From contig JAZNGG010000015.1 in NCBI GenBank assembly GCA_045576355.1, positions 9,123 through 73,122 of the forward strand: a stretch of DNA of 64,000 nt, given 5' to 3'. How positions within the stretch are numbered: the first letter of the stretch is position 1; every line of letters begins with the position of its first letter. Both the position numbers and the translations under genes were made by a program. Origin of the DNA: Bacteroidales bacterium (GTDB taxonomy: Bacteria > Bacteroidota > Bacteroidia > Bacteroidales > UBA3663). Positions 1-6,818 of the stretch are shown here, in pieces. The notes beneath the pieces are model-generated. The model had not been told where the DNA came from and did not search any database. It worked only from the letters and a program-made list of their open reading frames with translations.

Positions 1-264
1 GCTCTCTTAGACATCAGCTACCTGGGCGATGTGGCTCGTCTCTACCTCAACGGCAAACTCATCGATGACAACTTCTGGAACGGACGCTCTTTCCGATACG
101 CTCTTTGGCGACTTCCCAAAGATTGTCATGAGATTGAGCTACGCATCCTCCCATTACAAAAGGAGATGCCCATCTATTTCCCATCCGCATTCCGGGCCGA
201 GGTGGAGAAGGGAATCGAAGTAGGAGAACAAGTCAACAAAGTGACTGTAATCACCTGTCCATAA
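1..264 (+). CDS. 3' end of a glycoside-hydrolase-like protein (C-terminal beta-sandwich domain); the 5' part lies outside the window
   Basis: Frame 1 is open from base 1 (ALLDISYLGDVARLYLNGKLIDDNFWNG...) to the stop at 262-264. The GDVARLYLNGK-type motif is common in C-terminal jelly-roll domains of Bacteroidota glycosidases. The family cannot be assigned from 87 aa. Confidence 0.45.
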   Translation, partial: ALLDISYLGDVARLYLNGKLIDDNFWNGRSFRYALWRLPKDCHEIELRILPLQKEMPIYFPSAFRAEVEKGIEVGEQVNKVTVITCP

Positions 265-324
265 AAAGAGTTTAATGGATCCGATGACACTCTGTTAAAA
301 CCTCTCTATAAAACCGTTTTTAAT

Positions 325-2097
325 ATGTCTAAAACAGCATACATTTATAAGACTTTTCATATTCTGACAGCAGTCTGCAGCATCCTGCTCTCTTGCGTTT
401 CCTGCGATACGAAACAGGATGCCTGGCTCAATATCCGCAACGACTGCTTTTGGGACACTGCCGAGGGGACACCGCTCTACTCCCAGGGAGGGGGCATCTT
501 TCGCTACTACGATCCTGCCGAACAACGCGAGCGATACTTCTGGTATGGGATGCACTATAGAGAAGCTGATGAGTACCGCCATAACCCGACTCACAAATAT
601 CGGGGATGTACGTTCGAATCGGTCACCATCTATGTTTCAGACGACTTAGTCAATTGGCATTTTGTCGGAGATGCAATAGACAGACAAGAGATCAAGCGCA
701 ATAACCTCCCCATGGGATGGTTAGGGAGAATGGGTGTGGCTTATATAGAGTCCGCTCAGAAGTTTGTCTTGATGATGCAGCACAACAACTCCGTCCTCAT
801 GGCACTGAGCGACACTCCGAGAGGTCCGTTTACCTACTACCGCAGTCTCGACATGACCTCCTATTGCAGCACACCCAACACAGGTGACCAGACCGTCTTT
901 GTTGATCCCGACACAGGACGAGGCTACCTGATCTACTGCAAAGCTCAAGGTCGCAACAAAATCTATATTTCCGAAATCGGTGTCACTGCCAACGACAGCA
1001 TAGGATTGCTCTCTTGTCATGAAGTGTTTCAGGGAGCCGGCAGAGAGGGCAACTGTATGTTCAAGTACGATGGGCACTACTATCTCTGCGCCTCCGATCT
1101 TTGGGGATGGGACTGCTCTCATGCCTATTTCCTAAAATCCGAACAGATCGAAGGCCCATATTTACCGACTAACCAAATGCAACTATTCATCCACAGCGAG
1201 CGAGACTTTGCACATCTCACACAAACCGGATTCTTCTATACCCATCGTAGCGAAGGCGGAAAAGAAACGGTCTTGTACTGCGGCGATCGTTGGGCGAACT
1301 TTGCTAATAACGGATTGGGATACAATCAGTGGATTCCGATCTCATTCGACGATTCCGGCACCCCCATCTTCAACTCCGTCTCCTCCTGGGACTTTAATCA
1401 CTCCACCGGCGAATGGCGCGTGGCATCAGACAACAACTACATCCTCAATGGCAGTTTCGATGCCGATCGACGACTCATCCCCGAACCGACCAAGCCTCGT
1501 CAGGCATTCCTGACCGGATGGGACACCGAGTTTATCTCCGGACGGATCGTGGCACATGAAGACTCTCTATCCCCTCGTCTCAACCGATCCAATTCGCCCG
1601 AAGATCAAGCATTCGTGACAGGCAAGATGTCCCTCAATATCTCCGACCGGGAAGCGTTCCGTCGTCGGGTATCACAGCGTGTAGAGGAGACTCCGACCCT
1701 CCCTTTCCCGGCAGGAGACTATCTGCTTCAAGCGCGGGTCAAGGGTAAGGGTGAATCCCTCTCTTGTACTCTATTTGCCACTTCAGACAAATCCCTGCCG
1801 ACCACTCATCCCTTGGTTTCAAGAGAGTATAACGATGGTCTTCCGACATTGGGCAACGGCACGAAAGAGCTCGTTCTTGCACCTTCAGAGCGACCATCGG
1901 ATACTTCCGAATCACCCACCTATGATTTAGGCACTCTCACGGTGGTTCCCTCCGAAACGTGGCAGACCATCCGGATACCGATCCACATAACACAGCCTTC
2001 ACTCCGCATCGGATTTGATGTCACAGGGGCTGCCGGTGCATATTGTCACATCGACGATGTCACATTGGTACGACAACTACAGACAGACCAACAATAA
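325..2097 (+). CDS. Glycoside hydrolase family 43 lipoprotein with a C-terminal carbohydrate-binding-like domain
   Basis: Lipoprotein signal (LLSCVSC). GH43-type blades (FVDPDTGRGYLIY; REGNCMFKYDGHYYLCASD). The C-terminal roughly 200 aa form a beta-sandwich-like region ending YCHIDDVTL. Confidence 0.8.
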   Translation: MSKTAYIYKTFHILTAVCSILLSCVSCDTKQDAWLNIRNDCFWDTAEGTPLYSQGGGIFRYYDPAEQRERYFWYGMHYREADEYRHNPTHKYRGCTFESVTIYVSDDLVNWHFVGDAIDRQEIKRNNLPMGWLGRMGVAYIESAQKFVLMMQHNNSVLMALSDTPRGPFTYYRSLDMTSYCSTPNTGDQTVFVDPDTGRGYLIYCKAQGRNKIYISEIGVTANDSIGLLSCHEVFQGAGREGNCMFKYDGHYYLCASDLWGWDCSHAYFLKSEQIEGPYLPTNQMQLFIHSERDFAHLTQTGFFYTHRSEGGKETVLYCGDRWANFANNGLGYNQWIPISFDDSGTPIFNSVSSWDFNHSTGEWRVASDNNYILNGSFDADRRLIPEPTKPRQAFLTGWDTEFISGRIVAHEDSLSPRLNRSNSPEDQAFVTGKMSLNISDREAFRRRVSQRVEETPTLPFPAGDYLLQARVKGKGESLSCTLFATSDKSLPTTHPLVSREYNDGLPTLGNGTKELVLAPSERPSDTSESPTYDLGTLTVVPSETWQTIRIPIHITQPSLRIGFDVTGAAGAYCHIDDVTLVRQLQTDQQ

Positions 2098-2121
2098 CAA
2101 ATCAAGCTAACAAATAAACTT

Positions 2122-5100
2122 ATGTCAGCAAAAGCGTGGAAAGAACAGGTGACCATCCCCACCTATGAAGTGGGCAAACCTGAAAAGAATCCCATATTTC
2201 TGGAGAAACGTGTCTATCAAGGTTCGAGCGGAGTAGTCTATCCTTACCCCGTGATCGAGTCAATGAGCGACGAGCGGGTGGACAAGGAGTATGAAGCCAT
2301 CTATCTCGAAAACGAATATATCAAAGTGATGATCCTGCCCGAGCTGGGCGGTCGTGTCCAGATGGCATACGACAAGATCAAGCAGCGTCATTTCGTCTAT
2401 TATAATCATGTCATCAAGCCTGCCCTGGTCGGCTTGGCCGGCCCCTGGATCAGTGGCGGCATCGAGTTCAACTGGCCGCAACACCACCGTCCATCGACCT
2501 ACCTGCCCGTCGATACGACGATCGAAGAGCATGCCGATGGTTCGGTCACAGTCTGGATCAACGAAATGGAGCGGATGTTCCACCAGAAAGGGATGGCAGG
2601 GTTCACTCTCCGTCCCGGTTGTGCCTATCTGGAGATAGAGGGCAGGCTGAGTAACCGCACCTCCATGCCGCAGACCTTCCTTTGGTGGGCCAATCCTGCG
2701 GTTGAGGTCAACGACTATTATCAGAGTGTTTTCCCGCCGGATGTCAATGCCGTGTTTGATCACGGCAAGCGAGCCGTCAGCTCCTTCCCCATAGCGACAG
2801 GCACCTATTATAAGATGGACTATTCGGCTGGTGTCGATATCTCCAACTATAAAAACATCAAAGTCCCGACCTCCTACATGGGCGTTAACTCCAAGTATGA
2901 CTTTGAGGGAGGTTATGAGAATGACACCCACGGAGGCATGCTACACGTGGCAAGCCACCATTTCAGCCCCGGCAAGAAACAATGGACCTGGGGCAACGGC
3001 GACTTCGGTCGTGCCTGGGATCGTTGTCTCACCGACGATGACTATGAGGGTGCACCCGGCGTATTCCGCCCCTACATTGAACTGATGGCAGGCATATATA
3101 CCGAAAACCAACCCGACTTCACCTGGCTGATGCCTTATGAGGAGAAACAGTTTGTGCAGTACTTCATGCCCTACCGTGAGTTAGGCATCGTCAAGCAGGC
3201 GACCAGAGATTTTGTCTTCAACATCGAGCAGGCTGCAGCGGGGAAAGTCCGTATCATGGTGATGAGTACTTCTCGTCAGCAGGTATATCTCTCTTTGCGT
3301 CACAAGGATTTGACTCAGGAATTTTATCAGAAGCAACTTACCCTCACGCCCGAAGAGATTCTGGAGGAGGAGATCCATGTCGGAGAATGCACTCTCAACG
3401 ATCTTCACTTCACCATCTCCAAAGATTTTGAGGGACAAGAGAGACTCACCCCCTCGGCACACTATCCCTTCCACGGTCGTATCGTACTGGAGTGGTATGC
3501 CGAGCCGGACGAGATCCGTCCCATCCCCGATGCCGCCGAGGCAGCACTCACTCCGCAAGAGACCAAGACCATCGATCAGCTTTACCTGACCGGTCTGCAC
3601 CTCGAGCAATATCGTCACGCCACATGGTCGGCGCTCAATTATTATGAGGAGGCTCTCCGTCGCGACCCGTTGGACTATCGATGCAACAATCAGATCGGCT
3701 TGTGGTATCTCCGCCGCGGACGATTCGATAAGGCTGAACAATATCTGCGCACTGCGGTCAAAGTCTTGCAGAAGCGTAACCCCAACCCCTATGATGGCGA
3801 ACCGCTCTTCAATCTGGCACTCTGCTTAAAACACCAATTCAAGTTGCAAGAGGCTTACCACTGGTTTTGGAAATCGACATGGAACAAGGCCTGGGCAGAT
3901 GCCGGATACTTCGAAGCCGCCTGCATCAGTACCGGCCAGCGCCGCTATGAAGAGGCTCTCGACGAGGTGGAACGCGCACTCATCAGCAATGCTCGCAACC
4001 ACAAGGCACGCGCTCTTAAAGCGATCATCTTGCGCAAGATGGGACGCACCGACGAGGCTCTGACATGGATCCGCTCGTCTCTCGCAGTCGATCTCTTCAA
4101 CTATGTCTGCCGCTACGAGCAGTACCTCCTCACCCGAGATGAGACCTTGCTGGCAGAGTTGAAGCGACTCTTGCGCGGATCATGCCATAACTATGACGAG
4201 GTGGCATTAGACTATCGGCAGGCAGGACTCACCGATGAGGCTCAGGCCATCTGGCGCTTAGCCATCGAGGAGCAAGCCGTCAGCCCCATGACCTATTATT
4301 ATATGGGTGACTACGAGCAAGCTGAAAAGATCTCTCCGGACTATTGCTTCCCCAACTCCGTCGATGCCATCATCGCACTCACACTCGCCAAGGCATGCAA
4401 CCCACAAGGCGCTCGCGCACCCTATTATCTCGGATGTCTCTATTACGACAAGCGTCAGTATGACCTGGCACGCGACAATTGGGAACTCTCTGCTCGGCTC
4501 GACCCCGAGTTCCCCACCGTGTGGCGCAACCTGGCTCTCTATTATTACAACAAACAGAAGTGCCGCGACAAAGCGATCGACTGCATGGAGCGGGCATTCA
4601 GCCTCGACACCACAGACAGCCGCATCCTCATGGAGCTGGATCAACTCTACAAAGTGACCGGCAAGCCTCACGCAGAGCGACTCGAATTTTTGGAGCAATA
4701 CCCGGCACTCATCGCCGAACGCGACGATCTGCTGCTCGAACAGATCACTCTGCTCAATCAGCTCGGTCACTACCGCGAGGCTATGAACCTCCTCGACAGA
4801 CACATCTTCCATCCGTGGGAAGGTGGCGAAGGCAAGGTGCCGGCACAATATCAATTCTCCCGTGTGGAATGGGCGAAGCAGATATTAAAAGAGGAAAAAG
4901 GGAAAAAGCAGATCGATAAAGCAAAGATGGATCTGTGTCTGGACCTTCTCCTGGAGTGTTTCGACTACCCGCATCATTTGGGAGAAGGCAAACTGCTGGG
5001 GGCACAGGAAAATGACTTCTCATACTTCATGGGCCTTACCTACGAGTATCTGGATGACCTCCCGACCGCTCGCATCTATTGGGAGAATGCCACAGTAGGA

Positions 5101-5475
5101 TCCACCGAGCCGGCTGCTGCAATGTACTATAACGATGCCAAACCCGAAAAGATCTTCTATCAAGGCATGGCTCTGCGCAAGCTGGGACGCATCGATGAAG
5201 CCAACAGCCGTTTCCACAAGTTGGTCAACTACGGCAAACAGCACATCTTCGAACCACAGGTGATGGACTACTTTGCGGTCTCACTCCCCGACCTGCAGAT
5301 CTGGGATGGTGATCTCAACCTGAAAAACCGCATCCACTGCCTCTTCATGCTCGCCCTTGGCTACATGGGTCTCAATGAGATCCATAAGGCAGAGCGCTAT
5401 ATGAAAGAAGTGGAGCAACTGGACATCAATCACCAGGGGATACAAGCACTACGAACATTCATGGAGCAGTATTAG
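2122..5475 (+). CDS. DUF5107 domain protein with a long TPR-repeat C-terminal region (1117 aa)
   Basis: The N-terminus (IPTYEVGKPEKNPIFLEKRVYQGSSGVVYPYP ... LPELGGRV ... IKPALVGLAGPWISGGIEFNWPQHHR) matches my memory of the DUF5107 signature. The remainder is TPR-like helical repeats. It starts 24 nt after the GH43 stop and is probably co-transcribed. Confidence 0.75.
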   Translation: MSAKAWKEQVTIPTYEVGKPEKNPIFLEKRVYQGSSGVVYPYPVIESMSDERVDKEYEAIYLENEYIKVMILPELGGRVQMAYDKIKQRHFVYYNHVIKPALVGLAGPWISGGIEFNWPQHHRPSTYLPVDTTIEEHADGSVTVWINEMERMFHQKGMAGFTLRPGCAYLEIEGRLSNRTSMPQTFLWWANPAVEVNDYYQSVFPPDVNAVFDHGKRAVSSFPIATGTYYKMDYSAGVDISNYKNIKVPTSYMGVNSKYDFEGGYENDTHGGMLHVASHHFSPGKKQWTWGNGDFGRAWDRCLTDDDYEGAPGVFRPYIELMAGIYTENQPDFTWLMPYEEKQFVQYFMPYRELGIVKQATRDFVFNIEQAAAGKVRIMVMSTSRQQVYLSLRHKDLTQEFYQKQLTLTPEEILEEEIHVGECTLNDLHFTISKDFEGQERLTPSAHYPFHGRIVLEWYAEPDEIRPIPDAAEAALTPQETKTIDQLYLTGLHLEQYRHATWSALNYYEEALRRDPLDYRCNNQIGLWYLRRGRFDKAEQYLRTAVKVLQKRNPNPYDGEPLFNLALCLKHQFKLQEAYHWFWKSTWNKAWADAGYFEAACISTGQRRYEEALDEVERALISNARNHKARALKAIILRKMGRTDEALTWIRSSLAVDLFNYVCRYEQYLLTRDETLLAELKRLLRGSCHNYDEVALDYRQAGLTDEAQAIWRLAIEEQAVSPMTYYYMGDYEQAEKISPDYCFPNSVDAIIALTLAKACNPQGARAPYYLGCLYYDKRQYDLARDNWELSARLDPEFPTVWRNLALYYYNKQKCRDKAIDCMERAFSLDTTDSRILMELDQLYKVTGKPHAERLEFLEQYPALIAERDDLLLEQITLLNQLGHYREAMNLLDRHIFHPWEGGEGKVPAQYQFSRVEWAKQILKEEKGKKQIDKAKMDLCLDLLLECFDYPHHLGEGKLLGAQENDFSYFMGLTYEYLDDLPTARIYWENATVGSTEPAAAMYYNDAKPEKIFYQGMALRKLGRIDEANSRFHKLVNYGKQHIFEPQVMDYFAVSLPDLQIWDGDLNLKNRIHCLFMLALGYMGLNEIHKAERYMKEVEQLDINHQGIQALRTFMEQY

Positions 5476-5477
5476 TT

Positions 5478-5650
5478 GATGGGGACTTCGTCCTGCTATG
5501 GCTGATGGCGATGGCGCGATTGGTTTAAGGGTACCTTTTAGGCATTAAGGGCATCAAGGCCTTAAAATTATAATCCTCTGCCATCAGCCATAGCAGGACG
5601 CAACCCCTAAACCCTTAAACCCCTAAACCAACAAACCAACAAACCAAACG
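5478..5650. repeat. Mosaic intergenic repeat locus R1
   Basis: A perfect 20-bp inverted repeat, GTCCTGCTATGGCTGATGGC (5490-5509) and GCCATCAGCCATAGCAGGAC (5580-5599), surrounds a 70-bp spacer. It is followed by the heptamer run CCCTAAA/CCAACAA (5603-5648). The locus begins 3 nt after the upstream stop codon. Confidence 0.85.
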
Positions 5651-5670
5651 TTAAAAAACCTTTCCCCCTC

Positions 5671-5701
5671 TTGACATTGGCTTTCGGATGTTATATCTTT
5701 G
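5671..5701 (+). promoter_or_regulatory. Bacteroides-type promoter of candidate sRNA A
   Basis: TTGACA at 5671-5676 and a perfect -7 box TAtcTTTG at 5694-5701. The whole 45-bp block is conserved in copy B. Confidence 0.5.
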
Positions 5702-5707
5702 TAAAGT

Positions 5708-5787
5708 TTAAGTTGAAAGATAGATGAAGCGTTGAGACGTTGCAGGGCAGATCGCCCTACATGTTTCGATGCTTCATCGCTTTTTTG
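5708..5787 (+). ncRNA. Candidate small RNA A (about 80 nt) ending in a long hairpin plus U-tract
   Basis: Hairpin at 5723-5778 (GATGAAGC...GCTTCATC outer stem, GGGC/GCCC apical stem) followed by GCTTTTTTG. Several G-U pairs exist only on the + strand. A paralog lies at 19255-19356 (-). Confidence 0.4.
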
Positions 5788-5878
5788 TCTCCCTGCACTC
5801 GGCCGTTCGGATGAAAATTCAATGGTCCGAAAGAGTCCATTCATAGAGTTTATTTGCTTAAAAGGCCGAGGCTTTTTA

Positions 5879-6032
5879 CTTCACGAGCGTACCCTCATTA
5901 TTCAACGAGCGTACCCTCGTTGGTCGATGAGCGTACGCTCGTTGTGCAACGAGGCTACGCGTGTTAAAAATTAGCCCCGCCGCGTTACACTAAATAAGCC
6001 AATGAAAATCTCATGAGAGCCAATGCGTGAAA
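5879..6032. repeat. 22-bp-period minisatellite, array A
   Basis: Units are CTTCACGAGCGTACCCTCATTA, TTCAACGAGCGTACCCTCGTTG, GTCGATGAGCGTACGCTCGTTG and TGCAACGAGGCTACGCGTGTTA (5879-5966). About 3 decayed units follow. Confidence 0.85.
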
Positions 6033-6224
6033 ATTTTCTCTTTTTCAACTTTTAGCTCAGACTTTACTATGATTTTCACTTTATGTTCAGATCCCTATTC
6101 AAAAAATCATTAAGAGGCATCCATTGTGTTAGGCTTCATACCGAACTATATGCAAAATCGGATAAAATGATATACGAAGATGGCATTTACATGTTAATTT
6201 TCTAAAAAACGATAGCTCAGGGCT

Positions 6225-6492
6225 GCGAGTTGAGAAGAGTACAGAGAACAGAGTACAGAGAACAGAGAAGCCATAGCGGACGAAGTCCCTTATTTGGTTT
6301 AGAAGTTTAAAGGTTTAGAAGTTTATTTTTTCAACCCTTCAACCCTTCAACCACTAAACCAACCATAGCCATCAGCCATAGCAGGACGCAACCCCTAAAC
6401 CACTAAACCACTAAACCACTCAACCACTCAACCCCTAAACCAACCATAGCCATAGCCATCAGCCATAGCAGGGCGCAGCCCCTAAACCCCTC
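6225..6492. repeat. Mosaic intergenic repeat locus R2
   Basis: A GA-rich run is followed by CCATAGCGGACGAAGTCC, then GGTTTAGAAGTTTA twice, CAACCCTT twice, CCATAGCC/CCATCAGCC units and ACCACTAA/ACCACTCA runs. The same words recur at R3, R7 and R8. Confidence 0.85.
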
Positions 6493-6594
6493 AACCCAAA
6501 AAGAGCGGCATGCCGACATAAAATCGACACACCGCCCCGTCCCACGCTGTTAGGATATTATCTATACAAGACCCTCAAAGAGGTCCCGCACAAA

Positions 6595-6759
6595 TTACAT
6601 ATTTTCGTACTCCAACCATGCAGCACCACGGTTTGAACCTTTCTGCATGGCATTCTCATCATCGAAAGAGGGTCCATTATTCACCCCGATAGAGGCAGAA
6701 ATGACATACTGTGGTTCGGCATAAATGACTTCTATCGTCGGTTTGCTATACTTTTTCAT
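6595..6759 (-). CDS. Possible small protein (54 aa), below the ORF-track cutoff
   Basis: ATG at 6759 to TAA at 6595, reading MKKYSKPTIEVIYAEPQYVISASIGVNNGPSFDDENAMQKGSNRGAAWLEYENM. It lies 59 nt downstream of the 1105-aa gene and is co-oriented with it. I recognise no homolog. Confidence 0.3.
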   Translation of the reverse strand: MKKYSKPTIEVIYAEPQYVISASIGVNNGPSFDDENAMQKGSNRGAAWLEYENM

Positions 6760-6818
6760 ATTCTGAATATTCTTATTATTTTGATCTTGTTTACGTTTTT
6801 TACTCTCTCGATATAAGA

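Larger units (their letters stand above)
5650..6053 (+). repeat. Dispersed composite element, copy A (promoter, hairpin RNA, spacer, 22-bp minisatellite)
   Basis: It aligns end to end with the reverse complement of 18970-19413, from GTTAAAAAAC...CCTCTTGACAT to ...GAGCCRATGNGTGAAAATTTT. No ORF is present. Confidence 0.7.

Noticed and set aside
5603-5648. Telomere or linear-replicon end suggested by the CCCTAAA repeats.
   Set aside because: The tracts are short and degenerate, lie internally between ordinary chromosomal genes, and occur at many loci in both orientations.
5763-5816. Small hydrophobic ORF starting in the 3' arm of the sRNA hairpin (a type I toxin idea). It reads MFRCFIAFLSPCTRPFG in copy A and MFRCFIFFLSSHSV... 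(37 aa) in copy B.
   Set aside because: Only the first roughly 10 codons are shared, and those lie in the conserved hairpin and T-run. Length and sequence diverge immediately afterwards, and the T-run terminator lies inside the ORF.
5879-6032. CRISPR array hypothesis for the 22-bp repeat arrays (also 18992-19190, 31999-32086 and 47816-47947).
   Set aside because: The units are directly abutting with no unique spacers. The repeats degenerate gradually, and no cas genes or leader-like AT-rich region are present.
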